A stretch of DNA of 64,000 nucleotides, from assembly GCF_009914755.1 (NCBI RefSeq), contig NC_060927.1; one strand, 5' to 3'. The position numbers and the translations under genes were made by a program. The stretch's first letter is position 1, and each line of letters opens with the position of its first letter. Positions 28,719 through 41,570 of the stretch are shown one piece after another. The DNA comes from the human T2T-CHM13v2.0 reference genome, Homo sapiens. The notes beneath the pieces are model-generated. The model had not been told where the DNA came from and did no database searches. It saw only the letters and a list, made by a program, of their open reading frames with translations.

Positions 28719-29097
28719 TGGAGCGTCAGAAGAAATATCTCTCTGGTGAGTATTGAAAAAAGTCCAGTTTCTCTTGAATAACTAAGTGGATTTTATCTCA
28801 TACCTGATTATTTTTTTTCTATCCTTTTTACTAGTAATTTTAGATCTAAATCTTTGACCCAATCTAATAACTACTCTGTACACCAAAGACTGTTACTTTA
28901 CTATTTTCTCTTTGATCTAATTTTTGAATTCATTTTTAGTTTTATATTATATGTACTTGTCTTCTAATTTTTATGGAAATCATGCCAGAGTAATAAACAT
29001 AATAGTGGTGACCATGTGTTGTCTCTTTGATCCCCTGGGTTTGACATTCTGTTTCTAATAAAACTGTGGATTGTTGCTTCTTTTATAACTCTAACAA

Positions 29098-29383
29098 TTT
29101 TTTTTTTTTTTTTTTGAGGTGGAGTCTTACTCTGCTGCCCAGGCAGGAGTGCAGTGGTATGATCTCGGCTGATTGCAACCTCTGCCTCTCAGTTTCAAAT
29201 GATTCTTCTGCCTCAGCCTCAGAGTAGCTGGGATTACAGGCACGTGCCACCATGCCAGGCTAATTTTTGTAGTAGAGACAGGGTTTCACCATGTTGGCCA
29301 GGCTGGTCTCGAACTTCTGACCTCAAGTGATCTGCCTGCCTCGGCCTCCCAAAGTGATGGGATTAGAGGCATGAACTGCCAGC
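29098..29383 (-). mobile_element. AluSx/Sz-like
   Basis: poly(T), both arms, TSD ctaacaa(t/c)tt on both sides. Confidence 0.95.
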
Positions 29384-30291
29384 CTAACAACTTTTAAAAC
29401 AGATTTTTGCTACAAATGTAACAATATATGTTACAGGTGTGTTTTTGTGTGCCGTTTATGTTATCTCAATTTATCAGCACCTTATGAGAAGGTAGTGGCT
29501 AAACATTTGGAGGATTTAGTTTTCTCCTTTAGGATTGGTCCGTGTAGCAAATAAATGTTTCCTAAACCTAAAAATATGCTTAAAGCTTTCAAAACCTTTG
29601 AGGAGGTTTTAAAAATAACTAAGGTGTATGTTGAGTTTTAATGGTTTCCCTATAAGAGTATTACTATAAGCTACAACTTAACCTCAAAACTTTTATAAAT
29701 GACACTTGACGTTAACTTAGTTCAACTCCCTGAGTTAGCCTAGGATGGCAATGAGAGCACAAGGACAGGGCTGCTCTCCATTGGGCTCTGTCACCCCACA
29801 TCTCACACCATATGTCTAAGTTCTGTCTGTATATTTTAAGCTTCTTGTGGGAAGAATATAAGCTCTTTGCTTCTCTCCCTATCTAGGAGAAGTTTTTCAC
29901 CAAATTCTTTTAAATCTTTTTCCTAGACAGGGAATTTTTCACTCTTATTAGTGGGCATAAAAGACTATTAAAATGGTATAGCAATATCTTTTGTTCTGTT
30001 TTTATTTCTATGTAGCTAGATTGAGAAAGCAGATCATGGACTTTTTCTTGAATGAGAAAACTCTATCCATCTATCCATACATCTATTCCTTAAAATTTAG
30101 TAAGAATGTATCCTGTGCTAGGCTCCGTTTCAGTTTCTGAGTATATATTGGTGAACAGATTAGGTTGTATTAGGTTTGGTCCTGGCTTGCATGGAAGTTT
30201 CATTTTAATGAGGAGACACAATAAAACATAAGCAAATGATTGATTATAACAATATTGATCATGGTAACTCTTATGTAGAAACTAAAACATA

Positions 30292-30330
30292 GTGTCTTAG
30301 GGTTCTTCAGAGAAACAGAACCAATGGAGT

Positions 30331-30394
<64 letters not shown>

Positions 30395-30744
30395 AGGTTT
30401 ATTATAGGTATTGGTTCACATGGTTATGAAGGCGAGTGATCCTGGTCAAAGTCCAAAGGCCTGAGAAGTAAGAGCATCCAAAGACAAAAGAAGATGCATG
30501 ACTCAGCCCAAACAGCGTGAGCAAATTCTGCCTTTCCTCTGCCTTTTGTTTCATATGGGCACTCAATGGATTGGATGGTGCCCACCCACATTGGCAAGGG
30601 AGGTCTTCTTTCCTCAGTCTATCTATTCAAATGCCAATCTTTTTCAGGCACCCCCTCACAGACAAACCGAGCAATAATAGTTTACAGAGTATCTGGATAT
30701 CACTTAGGCTAGTCAAGTTGACACATAAAATTAACCACTATACA
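30292..30744 (-). mobile_element. MLT2-type (ERVL) solo LTR containing a (CA)n
   Basis: gggttcttcagagaaacagaaccaat...ggattggatggtgcccacccacattg...agtcaagttgacacataaaattaacca. Confidence 0.85.
30333..30390. repeat. (AC)29 pure microsatellite
   Basis: Uninterrupted AC run of 58 bp. Confidence 0.98.
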
Positions 30745-31467
30745 AAATAATGTGCCAGTGAGCTAGAATGGAGAAACAGTTTACATAGAGTGGTCAGGAA
30801 AGACCTCTATGAGGATGTGACATTCAAGCTAAGTTTTGAATGACATGAAGGAGCCATATCTGAGGGCGGAGTTGCAGGCAGAGACCAGTGTAAAGGTCCG
30901 TAGGTAGGGATGAGATGGCTGTTATACCAGTATGGTTGAAGACAGAGGAGGTAGAGAGATAGAGCTGAAACACATAACCCTTGGTAGGGACTTTGTCAGT
31001 AAGGAGACAATGTCCTTCCTGACCTTGTCTTGTTTTTATGAAGGTGATATAAGTCACTGGAGGGTATTAAGTAGGAGAATGACATGTTTGTGTTTGAACT
31101 TTGAAATTTTGTCTCTGCTTGCTATACAGAGAATAGATTGTGTGTGTGTAGGATGTGAGAGCTGGGGGTGGTAAAAAATGGAAGCTGGAAATTCATTTTT
31201 GGTGTCATTGTAGACATCCTGGGAAGAGTAGAGGGAGCCTTGTACCAGCATGGCATCAATGGAATGGAAAAAAGCAAGTGGATCTGGGTTATTGCTATTT
31301 TTTTTGAGCTAGAACTGCAAATCTTGTGGGAGAGTCACAAACTAAGGGGGAGAACCAGGGTGAGACTGAAATCTAGGACTCTTACTAAGTGTTTGGCTTG
31401 ATTAATTGGGTAGAGCCACATACTGAAATTTTTAAAAACTAGGAAAAGATTAGATGTGGTATGTGGG

Positions 31468-31513
31468 GTGTGTGTGTGTGTGTGTGTTTTTGTGTATGTG
31501 TGTCTGTGTGTGT
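31468..31513. repeat. Imperfect (TG)n
   Basis: Direct reading. Confidence 0.9.
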
Positions 31514-31912
31514 ATCAATACTTTCCTTTTGAGCATGATATGCTTGAGAAATGTATAAAGCATTTAACAAGAAATATCAAGTAGGCATATATATAAATAT
31601 ATGAGTCAAGAGCTCAGTGGCAAGGCTAGGGCTGCAGACGTCAGATACGTAGTTAGAAATAAATGGCATAGAGGTGGTATACAAAGCCATGGGATTAGAT
31701 GGAATCACTTTTGGAGAAAGCATGAGTAGAACATGCTCACAGATTCTAACCATTTTCTGACCAGAGAGTGGCGAGATTTGAATTTAGGGTTTAAGCTGAG
31801 ACAATGATGAAAATTCCCTTAGGTGCTAAAAAGAAGTTCCTTAAGCTACATATTCTACAACAGTTTAGAAGAGTTTTAATGACACAATTATTATATCATT
31901 AAAAGACATGTG

Positions 31913-31979
31913 GCCATGAATTCCATTCTCTCTGTGCATACATGTTTCCTCTATGCACAGAGAGAATGAAATTCCTGGC
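31913..31979. repeat. Inverted repeat, 28-bp arms (26/28), 11-nt loop
   Basis: gccatgaattccattctctctgtgcata (31913-31940) versus tatgcacagagagaatgaaattcctggc (31952-31979). Confidence 0.95.
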
Positions 31980-33924
31980 TAGTTGTGTTGCAGGGCAACA
32001 GTTCTCAACAAAGCCATGACCACTGCCAATGTCAAAGGATCCTACGGTCCCCAACCTTATAAACTACTACTTTCTAGTGGATGATAACTTTGTGAAAACA
32101 AATCACTGCAGAGAATAAAGAAAAAAAGGTAGTAAACCTTTGCCAGCAACATAGATGAAACACTTACTAACTTTAACAGTATTTTATTTTATAGACCAAT
32201 TCTCTATACACTTAAAAACAAAACAAACTAATGTTTTGATTTAATTTAGTGAGTTGAAAGCCAAAAAATCTAGGCAACAGTTAAATTCACTTTATAAAGT
32301 TCTAGAAGTTTACTAGTAAGTAGCTGAAACACTTTTTATGTAAAATTATAAATGTGCCTGTCATTCATTTATAAGTATCTGAAAAAATATCTATGATTTT
32401 TGCTTAGGGAATCACTGGTCTAGGGCAGGACACTGGGTGCCCGGCTGTACATTATCTATGCTCACACAGATGATGCTTCTTTATCATTACAAAGAAGATA
32501 TTTCTATGTTTTTTTGTAATGTCCACCCTCTGGCGAAGTGTTACCTTGTAATGAGAATTTATTCTTTTGGCTTCATAATTTTTTTGCAAGATAGCAGAAG
32601 TTTATAGGTTCTATGTTATACACATGATGATGCAAATTTGTTTTAATGCTGTGTTCAAATGAAAAGACTTTGGTTGGTTTTGGTGTAGTACTTGAGAGTT
32701 TTGTAGATTACACTTACATAGCCCATGAATCCCATGTCTCTGAAAACTTCATTTTTGGCTGGGTAGCCTGTTGTCAAAGACCTTCATTCCTCCTGTTGAT
32801 GTGGGACCCATAGAAGGATTTACTGTTCTGTGAAGGAACTTGGATGGTGGCTTCACTTCCTATCTGAGCTCTGCCTAGGCCACTCTGAAATTGGACCCAC
32901 TTTTACCCTTCCCTGTGGAAAGGTTTTAAGGGATTAAGTATGTTAAGGTTTAGGGCAGGTAGCATTGCAACTTGCTTTTTACAAAAATATCTGGTGAGTA
33001 TGTCTTCTTTATAGAGTTTCTATTTTATACGAAAGAAAAATAAATTGTTGTTAGTTTCATTTTTGTAACTAGGAAATTAGGCTTCAAATAGATTAAACCT
33101 TTTACCAATCACAGGCTGAAGTTCTTAAACAAAATCCTACAACAGAAAAAATGCCAGATTAGGTAAGGGAAAATACAGAGACCAAGGTCACAAACACATG
33201 AACGTTCTTATGTTTTCAATAATCATTAAAATTAATCAGACAGTGCAATAAACAAAATAAGCATTGTATCCACTATAAACATACTAAGTCAGAAATTGAA
33301 ACTATCTAATTTTCAGTTCCCAGAAATTTACAGGATTTCCTTCCTATGTGATTTTAGTAAGATCCTTATATGTGAGTTTTTGAATGTTGCAGAAAATATG
33401 TATAGCAAGAGGCATTTATGTGTGTGTGTGTGTGTTGCCCCATTCAATTCTTCTATCCATTTCTGAATTTATAATTCAGTTAATTTCAGCCTCTTGAGTT
33501 CTTTCATGATCCCAGAGACCAATTATTTAGATGCTGAAGATGGAAACAAGAAGAGTTAACTTTATTTGGCATAGCTAGTTGGGGATATTCTAAATCCTCT
33601 AATGAAAACATGGTCTTAATTCTGTTTGTGGTCATTTGGGGCTAAACTATCTAATCTTCCACCTCTTTTCTGCACAGGACTCAGATCACTCGCTCCAGAG
33701 AGTGGGTGCCTCAAAACTTTGCAGGCATCCAGGGACAAAACTCTTTAGCTCTTTCTTCCCCTTTACCCAACTTTTTTCCTTCCAGTTCCCAGCTCAAAAT
33801 GTTTCCAATTATCTCCAAAAGAAGATTGCAATTTTGGGTCCTAGAATAAAAATTCATAAGCTTGAGGAAAATTTATATATGGAAATAATTCCATCCAGAT
33901 CAACAACTCACAGTTGAAGAGAGA

Positions 33925-34112
33925 GATAAAAGGCTTTGGAGTTGGAAAGACCTGAGTCAGAGGAATGACTATGCCGCTCACTGTGTGGCCTTGGGAAATT
34001 ATTGAATTTTCAGTCCTCCAATTTCTTTGAATAATAATACATTTTCCATATAGGAGGTACTAAATGAGTTAACACATAAAGAATACTTAACACACTCCCT
34101 GACATATTAGTG
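33925..34112 (+). mobile_element. MIR
   Basis: ggctttggagttggaaagacctgag...ctgtgtggccttgggaaattatt...taaatgagttaacacataaa. Confidence 0.8.
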
Positions 34113-35813
34113 CTTGAAGTCTTGAAGACTTCTCTGCTAGTAAAATTTAAGTACTATCACCTTTAGTTAATCCAGTTATTAATATAAACTGATCACCGTG
34201 GAAAGTGGCCAGTTATCATAACAAGGGTCTGTGAGTGAGTGTTCAGCTGAAGAATTAAAAAAAAATAATTAATTAATATGAATAAAGATTCATATACAGG
34301 GGTAGATGCAATTTAAGAAAAAGAAAACTGAAATGGCAAACCAAGGGGGCAAAATAGCATCTCTTCTAAGTTGTCAAGATTGTCACATTTTGGGGGACTC
34401 ATACAGGCACCTGGTTAAAACAAATATTTAAGGACCAGTGAATAAATGGATTTAGAAGTGGTCATTGTTGGGGTTTAATGATGTAAAATAACTACGCCCT
34501 TTCTCCTCTCTGAGTCCTCAAACTATAGAAAGAGATCAATACTACTAGTAAAGCTGAATTTCTGAACACTACACGCACCCAAAGCCAAATTGGGTTTCCA
34601 GTTTCTACTCCGTGGTGGAATACTTCACCCAGTCCCAGACCTGGTTGCAGACCACCCACAGGTCTTACTGGCACTGGGGATATTCTACAACTCTGCTAAC
34701 CATAGGAGTGGTGGAAATGAATGGGAGAACAAATGCTTCTTACAGGCCTGCAGAGGGACTTAGGCATGGAGATAGACAGAGAGCGAGAAAGCCCGGGAGA
34801 GAATAAATTCCAGAAGGCAGAGCCCTGTATAGGTAGTAACCAGGGAGCTCCAGGTTTCATGGCTGGGAAGCGCAAGGGAGCAGCAATGGCAGACAGAGAG
34901 GGATGATTCTGTCATGGACAAAGCTAACTGGGAAGAATTGTTTGTAGTCACTATGTCTTATTTTATTGACTGCTTCCAAGATTGTCTTTGAGTTGCTTGA
35001 CATAATTAATTTATGAGAATGCTTTTCAGGGGATAATTCTCTAAGATCTGGGGATGAAGAGAACATACTTCATTCCATTTTGATTGGGGTGGAATTTGAG
35101 ATGGTCAGAATATGGGGTAGTACATGGGAAATGCATTTTATTTAAGTGAATGGAGAAGTGCCAGAGAGATACGTACCTAGAAAGGGCTTCTATGACAAGC
35201 CATTCCTTTTTGCTGACTGCAACTACCAGTGGGGCTTTTATATTTTCTATAATTTTCCTTTTGGGGATTATCAAATTATAACTGGAGGAATAAAACTTTC
35301 CTACTCTCCCCAACACAAGGTGGGGTGGAGAGTGCCATGTTGTGTAAGAATTTACTGAAGAGTTGGCAAGTGGTAATTTTCGAACTTTGTCCAAATCTTT
35401 GCTCAGCAGACAAAGGCCCAGAGCTGAGCTGGTTGTTTGGACTAGAAAAAATGAGCTAAACTTCCTTGCATAAGAAAGTGGAAATTATTATTTTCACCTA
35501 AGAGGAAGTTGGCAGAAAACGGAATGGAGACAAGTGGAGCCAAGAGATAGGTGCATGACTGAAGAGTGCAGCAGAATGATCAAAGGATTTAAGAGCAGGG
35601 AAATCCAATCAGTTGTTTGTTTTGGTTGGGAAGGGAATAGAAATGATTAGAATTTGTGGCCCTGTAAGGGAAATGCAGTTGTCCTTAAGAAGTTTGCACC
35701 CCTCTGTGAACACCTCGTCTCCCTAAATCTTTCATAAAAACCTTTACACAATCACAACATTGCACTTAGTATCTGAGTCTTGTGCTCCTGGAAAGCAGCA
35801 AGAGTTAAATTTC

Positions 35814-36140
35814 AGCTGGGCATGGATGGTGACATATGTCTGTAATCCCAGCACATTGGGAGGCCAAGGCAGGAGGATCGCTTGAGTCTAGGAGTTTGAG
35901 ACTAGCCTGAATAACATGGTGAAAACTGGTGTCTACCAAAAAATAAAATAAAATAAAATAAAATAAAAAAGTAAAAAAATTATCTGGGTGTAGTGGCAAG
36001 TGCCTGTAGTCTGAGCTACTCAGGGACTCGGGTGGGAGGATCACCTGAGCCCAGGGAGGTCAAGGATGCAGTCATCTGTGATTGAGCCACTGCACTCCAG
36101 TCAGGATGACAGAGTAAGATGCAGTCTTAAAAAAAAAAAA
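35814..36140 (+). mobile_element. AluJ inserted in the 5' LTR, (TAAAA)n linker
   Basis: tgtaatcccagcacattgggaggccaaggcaggaggatcgcttgag..., A tail. Confidence 0.94.
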
Positions 36141-36453
36141 GAAATAAAAAGAAATTTCCCCACTCTTTTATGTCCTGGGAAATAGCTAATCACAGAAGAA
36201 AACTGCTCTTGAACATTCTGAGATAAGTCCCTCTGCATCCTTCCTTGTGATTCCCATATGACGATGATTCCCTTGTTTTTTTGCTCCCATAAACCCCCAG
36301 GCTCTCTTCCTTTTCTTTGAGATGCTTCTCATTAATGAATATTCTCATCCATATTATATTAATATTCTCATTAATATTCAAGAAATGGCAATAGCTTGAG
36401 TAAAATCATCTCCTTAATTGTTCAGTCCAGTGAATTTTTGTCTTTCACAGTTT

Positions 36454-36471
36454 TGATGTCATGACTTGTAT
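36454..36471 (+). other. Degenerate tRNA-His primer binding site
   Basis: tgatgtcatgacttgtat versus TGGTGCCGTGACTCGGAT (13/18, mostly transitions), starting 5 nt after the LTR-terminal CA. Confidence 0.6.
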
Positions 36472-39400
36472 AGAATTGGCCCTCAGATGGATTCTCATTT
36501 ACTGCACCCAGATGATGAGTCTTTTCACAGCTCCTGTGCTTTGTTACTGACTAGCTATCCGGGGACCCAGTGGTGAGTCCAGCTGCTGGTCCTGTGCTCT
36601 GGACTCTTGTATACCTCTTGAACAATGAGGATTTGATTTTGATTTTTCTTGAGTTCTTGCTTTATTTCTGGTGCCAGCTTCATTTGGTTTAATGTTCTGA
36701 CCATTTGGTGATCTCTGTAAGTGGATTAATGGTTTATAGAGATCTTATTTCTGTTAGGGGAAAGACAAAAGAAAATCTGGTTGGTTAGCCTTTTCTATGT
36801 GTCTATTTGCCTATTTTGAGGTCAAATCAATTAAGAATTTGGACCAGCTAAGAAAAGAACAGCCTTTCTGTTTTGTGGGCTTTGTATTTCTGTGTTTATT
36901 GCTTGACCTACTGCTGAAATTTTAGAATGGAAATTGTAAGCGTTCTCTCTTTCTGCAGCTATATGTTTATATGTATGTGATTTAGAAAGGCCCTTTACAT
37001 TCCATTGTGTTAATGTGTAAGATTTTTCTATCTCTGCATGGTATTATCAAATTAGACTATAAAATTTATTAAGGGAGCTTTATTCTGATTGACTTAGAGT
37101 ACTTATATAAATTGAATATTCCTAAAATTCCCAGAAATTAAGACTAATAAAATATTTTCAATGTGAAAAAAAGACTTAAAAAATAGGAACTTAGAAATGT
37201 TTTAATAATTCAAGTTTAAGTAATTTTGGTAAATCTTTGTCAAACAAGACTAATGATGTTAGCTTAATTGAAAAGAGATATATCTTCTCTGAGTTATCAG
37301 AATTAAATATAATACAATTGTGCATTTTTATTTGACGTTGGAATGTTTCCCTGAACTAATAAAAATTCACTGATAGAATAAGCTAACATTATTTTGACTT
37401 CATGTTTAAGATTATTAAAAATGTAAATCTGTGTTCAACCAAATTTAATTATTATTTTGACTACCTTTATTTCAGCAGTAATTGTAATACGTCAGTTTCA
37501 ATATAATTTCCTAGATCTTTAGGTAACTTAAACTCTTGAATTTATTCAAGTTGAGTTAATTAATGTATATTCATTAGATGCCCACATCCTAAGTAAGATA
37601 GAACACTGAAGGATTAATTACAAAACATAATTTTAAGGGTAAATGCTTTTTTGCCTTATTTTATGTGCTATAGAGAGGCTACATATCTGTGAGTCTGCCA
37701 ACAATGTGTTCATTTTTGCTGTGTTGAGAAGTTGTACTGTAAGGGATGTGAGTGGCTATAGAGAGTTGTGAAGTGTTTATTAATGAGCTCTGTTACTCTG
37801 CTGCAAAATGCTGGTGTGTGAGAGACAGTTTATATTATCTACCTCACAATTTTCTCTGTGAAATAGCCATGACTGCGGTTAAAAGTTATAATCACTATAG
37901 GTGAATGAGACTCTACTAACAGCAATAGTGGTAAAGAGGAACAACTTTGTATGCAAGGTAATCAGGATGTATTAAGGAAAAAAGAGAAGTTTTGTCCTAA
38001 AATAACATAACTGATGTTCAGAATCAGGAAGAGGAAAGTGTAGGAAAAAACCTGAATATATAAGTTGAAGAAGGTTCACAGAAAGGGAATTTTGTTTTGG
38101 GTCAAAGCTGGTTATGATTTGATTTTTTTAAAATAAGATTGTCAAAAAAAAACTATAGCTGAAATTATTGATTCAAAACTGTAATTTTTGCATTACCAAG
38201 CTATCGTTTTGAAAAACAAAATTGTAATTTGGTTTTCTCTTTGTTAAAATGACAGTATTTCCTTGGATTCCTTGAATTGTTGGTCTGCTCTTAATAAGAA
38301 GTTGTAGGTGGTTATTCTTTACCTTCTGAATAGTCTTCCTGGGTAACAGAGATTCTCTGCTTTACCAGAATAACCTGCTGTGGTTTATGTTGACTTTATT
38401 TTGTCCTTGATTATTTAAGAAAATGAAGACTTCTAATGTCACACTTCTTTACAATCATGTCACCTTTTATGTTCACTTTAAAATATTTCATTTTTACTTT
38501 GAAATGAGTTACAAAGTATTGTCTCTCAGGTATTCATGGTCTTCTTTCTCTTTTAAGTCTTTAAATCTCATGACAACTTTTGATTTTTGCCTTCTCAAAA
38601 TTGAATGCTATCTTTTGCAATTAAAACTGCTCTTAAAATTTCTCAGAGGAATCATGGAAAGTAAGAAAAGATTTATTCTTTCATCTTGAAAAAAGAGAGG
38701 TGATAAAAATAATTTGGATTTTTTTTTTGGTGTGTTACTATAGATGAGTTGCATGGGAAGCATTGTCAAATCAGAAGAGATGTTTAGCTTTCTCTAGGTT
38801 AAGTATGCAGGCATTAAATGTTATTAATACAAATATTTCAGAAATCATATGCTGTATTGCAGGGTCTTAGAGATTAGTTGATTTCCTTATAGTTCATGAT
38901 ATATTTGATTAATCAGAATCCAAATACTGTTTTGCCCAATATCAGACAACAGCAGTATAGAATATGATATTTTCATACCATAATTTTCGTTATTTAAAAA
39001 GTATTAACTTGGTCTAAATTTACTTTTTAATTTGAATTCAGTATCTCCTATGCTGCTGATTTTTAACTGGGCATTTGCCTTAATTCACTTACCTATGGAG
39101 TTTTATTAATATATAGATATTTAAGGCCTACTCCAGATTTAGAGAATCTCCTTTCTTGATATTCTTAATATATTCTAACTATGTGCTTGGTATATTCATA
39201 GTAAATTATGTCTCAGGGTTAATATATGTCATATTATAGTGTTTTTCTTTGTAAATATTAACCTATTTTTATAAATTAGATGCAATATCCACTCTTTGAA
39301 AATAAGGATAATTATTATGTGTGTAGATGTATTGTCTAAAACATTTTGGATTGACTTTTATCTAGTTTTGCGTGCCATACAAATAACCAAATTTCCTTGT

Positions 39401-39920
39401 TAATTATATTATTTTTATAATAAACTTTTATCAGATCTTTCTCTTTGAAAATTACCAGTAATATATTAACCATAGCTATTTTAAATTTTTTGTCATTTAT
39501 GCATATATTTTTTGTTGGTTTTACTCTAATGTTTCCCTGAAAGCATTTGCTATCAGCTACAGGCCAGAGCTTTTTATTTTCAACATGGAAAGACTGTTTC
39601 AGAGGCCCATGGAAAAGGTCTATGCCAGGTACTTTGGGGCATGGGCTTCTGATGACATTGTTTAAATGACTTTGATATCATAAAAGTGGAATTAATCACG
39701 ATTTTCAGAATTCTAGTAAAGAATCCGATGGGTTTATGGGGCTACTAGCCAAAGAGTAAGCAGAAAAACAATCAATTACATATGACTAGATGAACTGATG
39801 AGGGATGATTGTTGGTTTTGCTTGGAATACTGTTAATGTTTTAATGTTCTACTTTCAGGCTTTATAAATAATCTTTCTCTTTTCTTCAAGTTATCTATAA
39901 CTTATAACTATTTAGTAGAT

Positions 39921-40282
39921 TGTTCTAGTCTGTTCTCATGCTGCTAATAAAGACATACCAGAGACTAGGTATTACAAAGAAAAGGAGTTTTAATGGACTC
40001 ATAGTTGCAGGTGACTGGGGAGGCCTCACAATCATGGCAGAAGGTGAAGGAGGAGCAAAGGCGTGTCTTACCTGGCAACAGGCAAGAAAGCATGTGCAGA
40101 AGAACTCCCCTGTAAAATACTATCAGATCTCATGAGACTCAGTCACTATCACAAGAACAGCATGGGAAAACCTGGCCCTATGATTCAATTACCTCCTACT
40201 GGGTCCCTCCCATAACAGGTGGGGATCTGGGGAGCTACAGTTCAAGATGAGATTTCAGTGGGGACACAGCCAAACCATATCA
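39921..40282 (-). mobile_element. THE1B-like solo LTR
   Basis: ctcatgctgctaataaagacatacc...gacacagccaaaccatatca; TSD tagat/tagac. Confidence 0.94.
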
Positions 40283-40689
40283 TAGACCATGCTTTTGTAA
40301 ATAGAAATAAAACATTTGTAAATGATATCCTTTTATCTCTGCCAGATGAATGTTCTTATTTTCAGAGAGACATAAGCATCTGCATAGGCCCAGTAAGAAT
40401 CTGTACTTTCTATTACGAGAACATAATTTAAATAATTAGTTATGCAACCAAGGCCTTGCCTAGAGTGTCAGATTTGATAATGATGCTTATTTAATTAGAT
40501 ATGACCCGATTCTTTAAAATAAGTCAGTTTGACTCAATGGCACCAATTTTCACAGATCGCCCTTGGAAAAATTGTACTGGTACCTGCTTATGAGGCTCCC
40601 AGTGGTACAGGTGAGCAAGAAAATCACTTCCTGTTTGGCACAATGAGCGGTAAAAAATGAATTCAGCAAGTCCAGGTTGTCCATATGCT

Positions 40690-41570
40690 GAAGACTCTAT
40701 AGAAAGATGTGACCCTTTTCCTAGCTCCTGAGAGATAACCCTTGTGCCATGGAGTGAATGTTTGCATCTCACAAAATTCATATGTTGAAACCCTGATCTC
40801 ATTATGGTGGTATTTGAAGAGATGGCCTTTGGGAGATAATTAGGTCATGAGGGTGGAGCCCTTATGATGAGATTAGTGCCTTTATAAGAAAAAACATTGT
40901 TGAGAGATTCCTTCCTTTCTCTTTGCTCTCTGCAATGTGATGAAACACAAAGAAGACAGCTGTCTGCTCACCAAGAAGAGGACCCTCATCAGACACTGGA
41001 TCTACTGGCATCTTGATCTTGGATTTTCTAGCCTCTTTAACTGTGAGAAATAAAATGTTTAAGCCATCCAGTCTATATTAATTTTGTTATAGCAGCCCAA
41101 TTGACTAAGACACCTTGGAATATCCTGGCTGATAATAATGTCTTTGTTTACTTGAGGGTCTTGGGCCATGCCAGATAGTCCCTACCATCAATGTAACTTA
41201 CGGTGGGGGGCATGTGGTATTAGCTTTACCCTGGAGGGGCCAGAGCTAAGGTTAGTCATTGAGACAGTCAGTCATGCCTATGTGACAGACTCTTGATAGC
41301 AACCCTGGACACCAAGGCTCAAGTGAACTTCCTTGGTTGGGAATACTCCTGTCTGTGGTCCATAACACACATCATTTCTGGGAGAGATAAGCACTGTACA
41401 TATGATGCCACTGGGAGGGGACAACGGGAAGCTTGCACCTGTTGTCTCCTGGAGTCTGCCCTGTGTGCCTCTTCTCTTTGTGGTTTTTAGTCTGCATCTT
41501 TTCAGGGTAATACACCATAACTGTGAGAATAATGGCGTTTGTGAGTTCTATGAATCCTTTTAGTGAATAT
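40690..41570 (+). mobile_element. MER21-like LTR, split by MLT1A
   Basis: ccctggacaccaaggctcaagtgaacttccttggttgggaatactc, ccactgggaggggacaac. Confidence 0.75.
40745..41112 (+). mobile_element. MLT1A/MSTD-like solo LTR
   Basis: TG...CA, ggtcatgagggtggagccct, gttatagcagccc; perfect TSD ccttg (40740-40744, 41113-41117). Confidence 0.9.

Larger units (their letters stand above)
30080..31730 (-). mobile_element. L2 fragments, interrupted by an MLT2-type LTR
   Basis: gtggtcaggaaagacctct, ttttgaatgacatgaaggagcc, gccatgggattagatggaatcac. Confidence 0.75.
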
